IMG/VR virus record: IMGVR_UViG_3300017917_002374
Span: 1-64,000 of that record
Strand: one strand, 5' to 3'
DNA length: 64,000 nt
Shown here piece by piece: positions 38,999-48,391 of the stretch. A program made the position numbers and the translations under genes. The stretch's first letter is position 1; each line of letters begins with the position of its first letter. The notes beneath the pieces are model-generated. The model was not told the origin of the DNA, did not search any database, and saw nothing but the letters and a program-made list of their open reading frames with translations.

Positions 38999-39258
38999 TG
39001 CTCAAACTATTGGTTCTCAGCGTGGCACTGAATGCGGCAGAATTGCCATATAGAGAGTTGGAAAAGTACTACTGGGACTGCGATACCCTGTTCATGAAAG
39101 GTGAACTGGGCGGGCAGGACACCTGGAGTTGTCTGGCTGTCACTGACGAGTTCCAAACCTATTTTGACAGCAAAGAAGATTTCATGATCTATTGGCACGA
39201 ACACAGAATGCAACAGTGGCAGAGTCGTGGTTATTACCCTAAGGCAGAGATATACTAA
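38998..39258 (+). CDS. Small secreted hypothetical protein
   Basis: Short signal-like N-terminus. Confidence 0.55.
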   Translation: MLKLLVLSVALNAAELPYRELEKYYWDCDTLFMKGELGGQDTWSCLAVTDEFQTYFDSKEDFMIYWHEHRMQQWQSRGYYPKAEIY

Positions 39259-39259
39259 A

Positions 39260-39985
39260 ATGAGATACCACGAAATAGTAGCAAAAGATTCACCTGCTGA
39301 GGATAGGCATCCTAATGATCGTCCATATGGACCAGAAGCCAAACCTACCATGCCCAAGGGCACAGTTAGAGTGGATGTCAGCGACGTGTATGATTGGTAC
39401 AAGCTGGGCATGAACATCAGTGATCTTAAAAAAGCCAACAAGAGTCAGTTTGGTAAAGGTCCTCCTAGCACCATAGTTTCTTTTGGTGACGAAAACACTG
39501 AACACAAGTATATCAAGGATCTTGAAAATCTTGGACTTACGACCACTGACATAGATCCTGTTGATCCCAATCAGCCCCGAGGCATGCCGCGTCAGAAAGT
39601 TGATCCCACATTCAATGTAGATGAAAACTTTGCTGATGGCAAAGTAAAAGGCAAGAGTCGTCCGGGCCGTGTGAAACGTGCAGGCGCAAGTTGCAACGGG
39701 TCAGTAACTGATCTACGAGCTCGTGCCAAGAATGCTAGCGGTGAAAAGGCAAAAATGTATCACTGGTGTGCAAACATGAAAAGTGGTCGTAAGAAAGCCA
39801 ATGAAGCCAGCCCCACAGGACTAGAGTTTAAAGGTTACCCATGCACCAAGGACTGTTCAGGACATCAAGCCGGGCATGATTGGGCAGAGCGTTGGGGTAT
39901 TGAAAATCCAGATTCTTGTCCTTACAGCAACAACAGTTTCTGGGAGGGCTGTCTAGCTCGCACAGACGACTTTCAAGATGAGTAA
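39260..39985 (+). CDS. Modular protein with three E-joined modules, two of them Cys-rich
   Basis: MRYHEIV start; VDE-NFADGK..SC..HWC; ANE-AS..GYPCTKDCSGH. Confidence 0.65.
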   Translation: MRYHEIVAKDSPAEDRHPNDRPYGPEAKPTMPKGTVRVDVSDVYDWYKLGMNISDLKKANKSQFGKGPPSTIVSFGDENTEHKYIKDLENLGLTTTDIDPVDPNQPRGMPRQKVDPTFNVDENFADGKVKGKSRPGRVKRAGASCNGSVTDLRARAKNASGEKAKMYHWCANMKSGRKKANEASPTGLEFKGYPCTKDCSGHQAGHDWAERWGIENPDSCPYSNNSFWEGCLARTDDFQDE

Positions 39986-39993
39986 ATAAGCAT

Positions 39994-41349
39994 ATGAAAA
40001 TTACAGAAATTACCAAAGGTCGCACATTAGGCGGATTCCCAGTCCAAGTGTTAGACATACAAAACAGCGAAGTAGACGAAAATCAATATCGCCGCGAGTT
40101 TAAACGCAACGAGCTAGAACATGAGCTAGGACACGAAACAAACAACTATTCCGTTAGTATTAATGGTAAAAGTTGGAAAGTGTTTGCGAGCAAAGCACAT
40201 GCCGAAGCAGTGGCTCGCAGTGTACAAATGAAAAATCCTACCAAAAAAGTAGGTGTGCATGAGACTGGTGAATCAGTCTCAGAAGCACTCAAGCTGAACG
40301 CTCCGCAGCGTCGCATGAGTAGAGATGAGTTACAAGGCTATGCTGATCGTATTAAAACAGGTACTAAAACCAAACAAGATAAATTTGCACCAATTATTCA
40401 CGGGAGTAATATCAAGGCAATCACGCAGAGCGACAATCCTGATGACAAATGGGATCTGGATGATCTAGCGGCGCAGATTACAAAACGTCCTTCTAAAATA
40501 CTTGGCACCAATGCCAAAATGGAAAAAAGCCGTACAGAAGGCGAGATTGTGTATGACCTTACGCTACCAGCACTTTCCGGCATAGTGGTGGATGAAAGTA
40601 ACGGCGACTTTGTGGAAATCACAACCTGCCCAGGTGCAGGTGAATGCCAATTGTATTGTTATGCTCGCAAGGGCGGATATGTGATGTTTCCTGCCAGCTC
40701 CATGAGTGCGGCACAGGCCTTGAACTTCTTGGTTAATGATCCTGAGGGATACATGGCCATGGTGAATCGCGAAGTTAAAGCACTCAAAGGCAAAACAGAC
40801 AAGCATGGGATTAGACTGGTAGTACGTTGGCACGATGCAGGCGACTTCTTCAGCAAAGAATATTTAGATCTAGCCTATAAGGTAGCAGAAGCCAATCCTG
40901 ATGTGAAGTTTTATGCTTATACCAAGATGGGCGAAGTGGCAGTAGGAAACAAGCCGGCCAACTTTATTGTGAACTTCAGCACAGGTGCCAAGAGTCGTGA
41001 AGTGAAAAAAGTTACCTTACACAAACAAGCAGGCAACATTGTTAAGGACGCCATCACTGTGCCTAAGGACATGTTCCGCAACCTGTTTGTAACAGATGCC
41101 AAAGGCAAGTATGTGAAGGATGAAAAAGGTCGTACACAGGTGCGTGGCGAAGCGGAATGGAATCAATTCAAACAGCAGTTGGGCGCCAAGTATGACATTG
41201 ATCCAGACACCATTATTACATATGACCAAATGCTAAAGATTCCAGAAGGGCCTACGCCCAAGTGGCATGTGGTTATTTTCCCTGCAGGGCATGGCGATCG
41301 TGCTGCAAACAGACTGGACGTGATCAACAGTTTCTTAATGTTTCATTAA
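39994..41349 (+). CDS. Phage GP88-like Cys-cluster protein with N-terminal extra modules
   Basis: TCPGAGECQLYCYA, VRWHDAGDFFS, FYAYTK. Confidence 0.75.
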   Translation: MKITEITKGRTLGGFPVQVLDIQNSEVDENQYRREFKRNELEHELGHETNNYSVSINGKSWKVFASKAHAEAVARSVQMKNPTKKVGVHETGESVSEALKLNAPQRRMSRDELQGYADRIKTGTKTKQDKFAPIIHGSNIKAITQSDNPDDKWDLDDLAAQITKRPSKILGTNAKMEKSRTEGEIVYDLTLPALSGIVVDESNGDFVEITTCPGAGECQLYCYARKGGYVMFPASSMSAAQALNFLVNDPEGYMAMVNREVKALKGKTDKHGIRLVVRWHDAGDFFSKEYLDLAYKVAEANPDVKFYAYTKMGEVAVGNKPANFIVNFSTGAKSREVKKVTLHKQAGNIVKDAITVPKDMFRNLFVTDAKGKYVKDEKGRTQVRGEAEWNQFKQQLGAKYDIDPDTIITYDQMLKIPEGPTPKWHVVIFPAGHGDRAANRLDVINSFLMFH

Positions 41350-41354
41350 CAAAT

Positions 41355-41457
41355 TAGCAAAAAAGCAACAAAAAACCCTAGTATTTGCTAGGGTTTTTTT
41401 ATGGTTGACCAAAAACACCCATTTCTATATAATATGGGTTCAATAACAAATTAGGAG
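41355..41457 (+). promoter_or_regulatory. Terminator + early promoter + SD cassette (start of early region)
   Basis: gcaaaaaagcaac box, aaccctag-tatttg-ctagggtt plus T run, TTGACC(41405)-17-TATAAT. Confidence 0.8.
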
Positions 41458-41462
41458 CAAAC

Positions 41463-41693
41463 ATGGAAGTAACAGAATTTCGTGGTCGTGTGTACGATCA
41501 GCGTCATGGCGGTGCATTTGATCGTGGCAGTGCTGACAGTTATTACGGTCGCCCGCGTCGCCCGCATTATTTTGAAGGTGCTACTCATGCCAGCAAGGAA
41601 ATCATTCCTGAGCCAGGTAGCAAAGAATACCAGGATTACATGGCTGGCTATGAGCAGAACGAACTCTACGGTGACAAAAAGGACTGGGGTTAA
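41463..41693 (+). CDS. Small early hypothetical protein
   Basis: SD; RHGGAFDRGSADSYYGR. Confidence 0.7.
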   Translation: MEVTEFRGRVYDQRHGGAFDRGSADSYYGRPRRPHYFEGATHASKEIIPEPGSKEYQDYMAGYEQNELYGDKKDWG

Positions 41694-41696
41694 AAC

Positions 41697-41753
41697 GGTT
41701 GACCAAAAATACCCATTTTTGTATAATATAGGCATACGTTAACAAAAAGGAGC
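41697..41753 (+). promoter_or_regulatory. Repeated early promoter-leader-SD cassette
   Basis: ggTTGACCaaaaatacccatttttgTATAATataggcatacgttaacaaaaAGGAGc. Confidence 0.9.
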
Positions 41754-41757
41754 ACAC

Positions 41758-42036
41758 ATGGACATCAAGCAAATCAACTCCGCTATCATGTTTGGCACAT
41801 GGACCAATGCAGAACTCACTGCAATGGGCGACGCTATCAAATTCAACCGGGCTCAACTGGCCAAGCAGGTCAAGCGAAGCATTGTAGTAGGTGACAATGT
41901 GGAGTTTACCTCCAACAAAAATGGTCGTCGCATGCGCGGCTTTGTGTCTAAAATTGCAATCAAGTATGTGACCGTGAACACAGGTGCAGGCTTGTGGCGG
42001 GTGCCTGCTAACATGCTGGAGCCTGTAAATGCTTAA
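41758..42036 (+). CDS. Small early protein with SH3/KOW-like C-terminus
   Basis: VGDNVEF..GFVSKIAIKYVTV..WRVPANML. Confidence 0.65.
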   Translation: MDIKQINSAIMFGTWTNAELTAMGDAIKFNRAQLAKQVKRSIVVGDNVEFTSNKNGRRMRGFVSKIAIKYVTVNTGAGLWRVPANMLEPVNA

Positions 42037-42250
42037 GGAGTGGGTACTGATCATTGAACTGCTCAGTCCGGGCGGCGACTACATGGACAAGGTCACTGTG
42101 ACCATGCCTACCAAGGCCGCCTGCGAGCAGGCCAAGCGAGATCTAAAACGAGAACCTGAGCATCCTTTGGGCATACGATTTCAAGGTAAATGTGTTACAA
42201 AAGCACACTGGACCGGCAAGCAAACTATGAAGGATGTGCCTCTTGATTAA
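42029..42250 (+). CDS. Hypothetical protein
   Basis: Coupled ORF. Confidence 0.55.
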   Translation: MLKEWVLIIELLSPGGDYMDKVTVTMPTKAACEQAKRDLKREPEHPLGIRFQGKCVTKAHWTGKQTMKDVPLD

Positions 42251-42458
42251 TACTGTGCTGAAATGGGTGGCCTGTGCTGTGACACTGTTTGGTGCCTTGT
42301 GTACCAGTCTACAGATAGATCCACTGAACATCTGGCTGTTGAATGCTGGCGCACTACTGTATCTAATCTGGAGTTGGAGAATTAGAGAATGGAGCCTGGT
42401 AACCATTAATTTTGGGTTGCTGGCAATTTATTTGGTTGGATTGGTTGTAAGGAGTTGA
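42234..42458 (+). CDS. Small membrane protein
   Basis: Three hydrophobic stretches; start uncertain. Confidence 0.55.
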   Translation: MCLLINTVLKWVACAVTLFGALCTSLQIDPLNIWLLNAGALLYLIWSWRIREWSLVTINFGLLAIYLVGLVVRS

Positions 42459-42459
42459 T

Positions 42460-42750
42460 ATGGAAAAAGGAACTTGTCCAGTTTGTAATGGTAGCGGCAG
42501 AGCCGCAGTGCCGATCAGTATGGAGCGATACAAGAATGTTATCACTGGCTATGACAAGGACACAGACACCCTACCCTGCACCAATTGCGGTGGACAGTAT
42601 ATGTTCGGATCGCCAAAAGGTCAAGTCCGTCTCAACCGGGATGGTGAACCCTGTCACCACAAATACTCCAGTCAGACGGTGGGACGATGCCTGACCGAAT
42701 ACACCTGCGAGTTTTGTGGAGATCGTTTTCAAATTGACTCAGGAGATTGA
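42460..42750 (+). CDS. Zinc-finger protein
   Basis: CPVCNGSG, CTNC, CHH, CEFC. Confidence 0.7.
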   Translation: MEKGTCPVCNGSGRAAVPISMERYKNVITGYDKDTDTLPCTNCGGQYMFGSPKGQVRLNRDGEPCHHKYSSQTVGRCLTEYTCEFCGDRFQIDSGD

Positions 42751-42752
42751 AC

Positions 42753-43160
42753 ATGGGACTGGACATGTACGCATACGTGGCCTCTAAGGCAGGACAGAAC
42801 GACGAGTACTGGGAACAGTATGATCTTCCAGAAGAAGAAAAGACTGTGGAGAAGCCACGTGAAATTGCCTACTGGCGTAAACATCCTAATCTGCATGGCT
42901 GGATGCACCAACTGTGGCGTAGAAAAAACATAGATCCTAGTGCAGATCCTACGTTCAATGGTGTGGAACTAGAACTCTCCTGGGAAGACCTAGACGAACT
43001 AGAACAGACTATTGAAAGTGGCAATCTACCAGCCACACAAGGATTCTTTTTTGGTGATAATGCAGATGAGTACTATCGCGAACAGGATCTTGAGTTTATT
43101 AAAACCGCAAGAAGTGAACTGTTCTGCGGACTGCGAGTGTTTTACAACTCCAGCTGGTAA
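42753..43160 (+). CDS. Conserved phage hypothetical protein
   Basis: MGLDMY, YWRKHPNLHGW, GFFFG, YNSSW. Confidence 0.7.
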   Translation: MGLDMYAYVASKAGQNDEYWEQYDLPEEEKTVEKPREIAYWRKHPNLHGWMHQLWRRKNIDPSADPTFNGVELELSWEDLDELEQTIESGNLPATQGFFFGDNADEYYREQDLEFIKTARSELFCGLRVFYNSSW

Positions 43161-43382
43161 TTATCTTGAATAGCGGCGCACATGATGGAACACTGGATGT
43201 CGTGCCTGTCGTGTGCCCGGATCACCGCCTACGGTGAGTCGTAGTGCAGGATCAATGCCGCGACTGAGATAGTGAATCAGATGTGCCATGTACCCGTCTG
43301 TGGTATAAAGCAAACAGGAGCCAGCGTCGTTGCATACCATGTAAGTGGTTATACCATTTTCGTCTTGGTTTCTAATAAGCAT
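43161..43382 (-). CDS. Hypothetical protein
   Basis: Fills the gap; TAAATA on the minus strand at 43404-43409. Confidence 0.5.
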   Translation of the reverse strand: MLIRNQDENGITTYMVCNDAGSCLLYTTDGYMAHLIHYLSRGIDPALRLTVGGDPGTRQARHPVFHHVRRYSR

Positions 43383-43413
43383 TTGTTGTTATTATTATAA
43401 CCATATTTATTGA

Positions 43414-43465
43414 TTGACCAAAAAGACCCATTTGTGTACAATACTGATATTGAACATTAAAGGAG
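43414..43465 (+). promoter_or_regulatory. Early promoter of rIIA
   Basis: TTGACC-aaaaagacccatttgtg-TACAAT; SD aggag. Confidence 0.75.
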
Positions 43466-43471
43466 CAGACA

Positions 43472-45646
43472 TTGATTCTCAATAACGCACCGCAGCACGA
43501 AGCTGTTCTGTCTAACGTAGGCGAGATTGGCGAGTTCCGTATTCGTAACTCAGCCAAGGCATTTTCCATTCTTTCGTCAGGACTTTACGCTAACAAAATT
43601 CGTGCAATTATCCGCGAACTATCCTGTAATGCTGTGGACAGTCATGTGGCTGCTGGTCGCAGTGATGTGCCTTTTGATGTGCATCTACCCAACAACCTGG
43701 ACCCTACCTTTCGCATCCGTGACTATGGCACTGGCCTATCTCACGACCAGGTGTTGAACATCTACACCACCTACTTTGAGTCAACCAAGACCGAGAGCAA
43801 TCAGTTTATTGGTGCGCTGGGTCTTGGTAGCAAAAGTCCTTTTTCTTACACCGATAACTTTACTGTTACCGCTATCAAGGACGGCACTCGCAATGTATAT
43901 TCGGCTTTTATCAACGGCGAAGGCGTGCCTTCTGTTGCACTCATGCACAGTGAGGCCAGTACGGAATCAAACGGTGTAGAAGTACAATTTGCTGTCACAG
44001 ATCGTTGGGACTTTGACAAGTTTTATGACGAAGCACGACAGGTGTACACCTATTTTGCTCTGCGCCCTAATGTGTTAGGTGGCGATCGCGAGTTCAAGTT
44101 TCGCGATGTAGAATACAAAGATCGCAACATCATTCCTGGTGTACACTATGTGGGTCGCGGTGCCAGCCGGGCAATAATGGGCAATATTGCCTATCCTATT
44201 GACATGCCCAATGCAGACACCAACCTTGGCGAACTGCATCGGCTGTTGGGCTGCGGTCTAGAAATGCACTTTGACATTGGCGAACTGGACTTCCAGGCGT
44301 CGCGTGAGGGTCTTTCTTATATCCCTAGCACCATTGAAGCAATCAAGCAAAAACTGATTGCTCTTAATGCTCAGTTGGCAGTGCATCTAGAAATGGAAGC
44401 CAGTGCTATCACCAATGACTGGGAAAAGGTCTACTTCCTGCAGAAAAAGGTGCATGAAGATCTCTGGGCAGGTGCCACTCGTGCCTATATCACAGCCAAG
44501 CAACCTCCCATGATGGATTACACTAACCTGCACTATGTTCGTGCTCAGGCACCAAAGATCAGCTTGAAAGAACTGGCCTCACGACACAATATCTCTATTC
44601 TGGCCTTTAACAAGACTCGTCACAGTGTTACCTGCCACGAGATCAAACCGCACAAGGATTTCACTGATCGTGCGCTGAGCCAGTACGAAGAATCTTGGCA
44701 GTTCAGTGTGGATGCTGGCACCATCTTTGTCAAGAATGATCTCAAGGTAGGTGCACTGACTCGTGCCAAGTACCATTGGCGTCATGCTGCCAGCAAAGGC
44801 GTTAAACTGCCCAGCGAAGGTTACAGTCATAATGTGTATGTGCTAAGTCCTGCTACCAAGGGTCATGCCATGGACACTGTGGGTTTCTTTGCTGCTCTCA
44901 ACATGCCACCTGAGAACCAGATTGTTAAGGCCAGTGACCTGATTGAAAAAGAACGCAAGGTCAGCTCGGGCAATCGCGCCAAGGATGTGCGCATTGTACG
45001 TCTGGAACGCAAGGATTATGGTCGTCGTGGCTATGAAAATCTAGTATGGGGCGAAGCGGGTCGTGCAGATCAATACGATACAAGCAAGAACTATTATTAT
45101 ATTCCGTTGAGTGGATACACTGCTATTGACTGCAAGATGGACCCAAAAACTCTGCAGGACAAAATGGCCAATAGTGGTATTCCTGCACTGGCTGTGGATG
45201 TGTATGGTGTACGAAAAGGTGACATTGAATTTATTCGTACTCAGAAGAACTGGATCCCGTTGGAGACTCATGTGAGTGCGGTGCTCAACAATCTCAGCGC
45301 CAAAGATCTGGGTAATTTGGCCTTGAATGAAATTGACAATGGCGCCCTGTTTCGTTATAATAAGACCATAGCGCACAACATCACCAATCGTAACAGTGCC
45401 TATCTTGCATTGATTAGTAAATTTGAAAATCTCAGCAAGGTTCGCTACAGCAAGCATGCATTGGAGTATTTGTTTAAAACCTATGCGCCCGGTGTGGGTG
45501 TTCAGCCCACCATTGACGCATTGGTAGCGGAACTGGATGCTGTGAAACGTCGTTATCCGCTGCTGGATTCAATTCGTGATTACTCCATTCCTGAATTGGC
45601 AGTGGCACAGTATATTAACTTGATTGACAACTCGAAAGGCAACTGA
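43472..45646 (+). CDS. rIIA: rIIA protein (GHKL ATPase N-terminus)
   Basis: IRELSCNAVDSH, IRDYGTG, STK, IGALGLGSKSPFSYTD, SREGLSY; precedes rIIB. Confidence 0.9.
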   Translation: MILNNAPQHEAVLSNVGEIGEFRIRNSAKAFSILSSGLYANKIRAIIRELSCNAVDSHVAAGRSDVPFDVHLPNNLDPTFRIRDYGTGLSHDQVLNIYTTYFESTKTESNQFIGALGLGSKSPFSYTDNFTVTAIKDGTRNVYSAFINGEGVPSVALMHSEASTESNGVEVQFAVTDRWDFDKFYDEARQVYTYFALRPNVLGGDREFKFRDVEYKDRNIIPGVHYVGRGASRAIMGNIAYPIDMPNADTNLGELHRLLGCGLEMHFDIGELDFQASREGLSYIPSTIEAIKQKLIALNAQLAVHLEMEASAITNDWEKVYFLQKKVHEDLWAGATRAYITAKQPPMMDYTNLHYVRAQAPKISLKELASRHNISILAFNKTRHSVTCHEIKPHKDFTDRALSQYEESWQFSVDAGTIFVKNDLKVGALTRAKYHWRHAASKGVKLPSEGYSHNVYVLSPATKGHAMDTVGFFAALNMPPENQIVKASDLIEKERKVSSGNRAKDVRIVRLERKDYGRRGYENLVWGEAGRADQYDTSKNYYYIPLSGYTAIDCKMDPKTLQDKMANSGIPALAVDVYGVRKGDIEFIRTQKNWIPLETHVSAVLNNLSAKDLGNLALNEIDNGALFRYNKTIAHNITNRNSAYLALISKFENLSKVRYSKHALEYLFKTYAPGVGVQPTIDALVAELDAVKRRYPLLDSIRDYSIPELAVAQYINLIDNSKGN

Positions 45647-45648
45647 TC

Positions 45649-46488
45649 ATGGCATACTCATATCTCATTCAAGGCAAAAACATTGTTGTGGTAATTGACA
45701 ACAAGCCTTATACTATTACTTCAACTCATATTGGCTACGAGAAGCTGAAAGAAGCTATCAAGGCTGGTGATTGGGATACTGTAAAGTCAGTGGTTGATCC
45801 AGTTAAAGAGATTCTCAACTACGGTAAGGGTCTGGTGGCTGTGCAAGGTTCCAAAGTGTTCTACAAGGACCGTGAGATGGTGGGTGTGATCACCCAGCGT
45901 CTGATTGACATGTATCAGGAAGGCTTTCCTGTGGAGCCCTTGATCCTGTTCATGGAGAACTTGATGCAAAATCCCTCCAAGCGAGCTGTGGAAGAACTGT
46001 ACACCTTCCTGGAAAAAGGCAAACTGCCCATCACTCCAGATGGACACTTTCTGGCATACAAGAAGGTCCGTGCAGACTTTCTGGACATTCACTCGGGTAC
46101 TATGAACAATGCTCCTGGACAGATTGTGGAGATGGAACGTAATGAAGTAGACGATGACGCTAATCGTACCTGTTCCGCAGGCTTGCACTTCTGCTCCAAA
46201 GAGTATCTAGACCACTTTGGTGGCAGCGACAGTCGTACAGTGATCCTCAAGATCAACCCTGCTGACGTGGTTAGTATTCCAGCTGACTACAATGCAACCA
46301 AGGGTCGTGCCTGCCGTTATGAAGTGTTGGGTGAGTTGGGTGTGCATCCAGATGAAGCATTTATTGCACCTGTACAAACAGAAGCAGTGAGCAAAGATGT
46401 AAGCAACGAAGAACTGATCAAAGCCGCTGTGGATGCTGCTGTAAAGGCCGCACTTGCCGCGGTAAGAAATGGAACTGATCACAAATGA
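45649..46488 (+). CDS. rIIB: rIIB protein
   Basis: PITPDGHFLAYKKV, MERNEVDDD..TCSAGLH, INPADVVSIPADY..KGRAC.Y. Confidence 0.9.
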   Translation: MAYSYLIQGKNIVVVIDNKPYTITSTHIGYEKLKEAIKAGDWDTVKSVVDPVKEILNYGKGLVAVQGSKVFYKDREMVGVITQRLIDMYQEGFPVEPLILFMENLMQNPSKRAVEELYTFLEKGKLPITPDGHFLAYKKVRADFLDIHSGTMNNAPGQIVEMERNEVDDDANRTCSAGLHFCSKEYLDHFGGSDSRTVILKINPADVVSIPADYNATKGRACRYEVLGELGVHPDEAFIAPVQTEAVSKDVSNEELIKAAVDAAVKAALAAVRNGTDHK

Positions 46489-46724
46489 TGAAACACTACG
46501 ACTTTGAACTGGCAATGGGTGCCACTATTTCTGAATCGGTAGTACAAGAGATGGTGGCATCTGTTGTGGAAAAACAAACAGGTAAGAAAATCAAGAACAT
46601 AGACGCTGTGTACACAGATGGCAAGTTTAAAGGATACACAGCGACCTTTTATACGGACATTAAACCACAACGATTCAAGCCTAGCAAGGAATTTATTGTG
46701 GAAAATTATGGAGCAGAAGAATGA
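46485..46724 (+). CDS. Hypothetical protein
   Basis: ATGA coupled at both ends. Confidence 0.6.
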   Translation: MMKHYDFELAMGATISESVVQEMVASVVEKQTGKKIKNIDAVYTDGKFKGYTATFYTDIKPQRFKPSKEFIVENYGAEE

Positions 46725-47791
46725 GTCATTTTATTCGTAACGGTAATACCTGGCGGGTGGCCGACGAAGCCGCAATGGATCTTCACAAGCAACTGCCACC
46801 TGGTAATTATGTGGTCAAGCAGGATCAGTTTGGCAATTTGTTTTTAGAACAAGTGGACCACTTTGAACTCAAAGGCAAACGCTACGGTGAAAACGATAGC
46901 AATCGTGATCGTATCTATAGCACCTTTATGGACCGTTCAAGTTCAACTGGTGTGATGCTCACTGGCGAAAAGGGTTCAGGTAAAACCATGTTGGCCAAGA
47001 GTCTGGCTATTCAGTGTGCAGAAAACGGGCATCCTTGTATCTTGATCAACAGTGCCTGGCACGGAGATTCATTTTCTAAACTGCTGCAAGATATTCAACA
47101 GCCTTGCATGGTGTTGTTTGACGAGTTTGAAAAGGTGTACGACAATGATGAGCAGGAACAGATGCTCACACTGTTGGACGGAGTATTTCCTAGCAAGAAA
47201 CTGTTTGTGCTAACCTGCAACGACAAATGGCGAGTGAATCAACACATGCGCAATCGTCCTGGTCGTATCTATTATATGTTAGATTTTAAAGGACTGGACG
47301 AAGATTTTGTGACGGAATACTGTCACGATAATCTTAAAAATCTAGCCAACATTGACGGAGTGCTGACTGTGGCAGGTCTATTTGCCGAGTTTAACTTTGA
47401 CATGCTCAAAGCTCTTGTGGAAGAAATGAATCGTTACAACGAAACTGCTCAAGAGGCCATGCGCATGCTGAATACCAAGCCTGAGTTCGGCGACGGCGGC
47501 GAGTACAAGGTAACCTTGATTCCTGTGGGTCGTGGTCCGCTGAACACCAAGGAGTTTGACGAAGACGATTGGGAAGGCAATCCGCTTACATATCGTCGTG
47601 GCTGGCACTACGGCTACGACCCAGATCCTGAAAACGACAAGGAAGATTGGTATCGCATGCAGTTCACTTACCAAGACCTTAAAAAGGTTGAGGGCAAGGA
47701 TGGCAAGTTTGTTTATGTAAACAGTGTAGGCGACACCCTGATCCTTACACGCAAGAAGGATCGTTATAGCTATCATTGGAATGCGTTCTAA
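46721..47791 (+). CDS. AAA ATPase
   Basis: GEKGSGKT, LFDEFEK, LLDG, NRPGRI. Confidence 0.9.
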   Translation: MSHFIRNGNTWRVADEAAMDLHKQLPPGNYVVKQDQFGNLFLEQVDHFELKGKRYGENDSNRDRIYSTFMDRSSSTGVMLTGEKGSGKTMLAKSLAIQCAENGHPCILINSAWHGDSFSKLLQDIQQPCMVLFDEFEKVYDNDEQEQMLTLLDGVFPSKKLFVLTCNDKWRVNQHMRNRPGRIYYMLDFKGLDEDFVTEYCHDNLKNLANIDGVLTVAGLFAEFNFDMLKALVEEMNRYNETAQEAMRMLNTKPEFGDGGEYKVTLIPVGRGPLNTKEFDEDDWEGNPLTYRRGWHYGYDPDPENDKEDWYRMQFTYQDLKKVEGKDGKFVYVNSVGDTLILTRKKDRYSYHWNAF

Positions 47792-47793
47792 AA

Positions 47794-47911
47794 TTGTTGC
47801 AAAAAAGCAACAAAAACACCCTGTAAACCCTAGCATTTGCTAGGGTTTTTTTTTGGTTGACCAAAAATACCCATTTTGCTATACTATAGGCATACGTTAA
47901 CAAAAAGGAGC
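47794..47911 (+). promoter_or_regulatory. Palindrome + terminator + repeated early promoter cassette
   Basis: ttgttgc-aaaaaa-gcaacaa; aaccctagc-attt-gctagggtt plus T run; TTGACC(47857)-17-TATACT; 57 nt identical to 59188-59244. Confidence 0.9.
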
Positions 47912-47916
47912 CCAAA

Positions 47917-48180
47917 ATGAAAGCACTTCAATCATATGTAGAGCAAAAAAACAAATGGTATGCCTTGTTTAATAAGCAACCTAATTATTTGGACCTGAGC
48001 AAAACTGCGGATCGTCAGCGTATTGCCAACATGATAGACTCTGAGCTGAGCCCAGAAAATCTCACCTGCGATGGCGAATTGAGCCGCGCTCAGGTACAGG
48101 CACGTTACAACACCTTGACCAAGGTTGCAAAAGAATTGCAGCAACTGGATCCGTCTGTTAAATTTTACGAATTCGCTTAA
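47917..48180 (+). CDS. Small early hypothetical protein
   Basis: LSPENLTCDGE; follows the cassette. Confidence 0.7.
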   Translation: MKALQSYVEQKNKWYALFNKQPNYLDLSKTADRQRIANMIDSELSPENLTCDGELSRAQVQARYNTLTKVAKELQQLDPSVKFYEFA

Positions 48181-48391
48181 GGAGAAAAACATGATTGAAC
48201 TCACTTGTGCAAATGTACCTGGTGGCTGGCAAACAGAAATCAAAGCCAGTGGTTACCGGTTTGGTCCTGTGTTTAATCGTATCAACGACCTTTGGTCTTG
48301 GCAGCGAGAGTTCATTTACGCACAAAATTGATTTTGATTGACAAGTATTTGACCTTTTGCTATACTTTAGACTCCAAGTAAGGAGAATATT

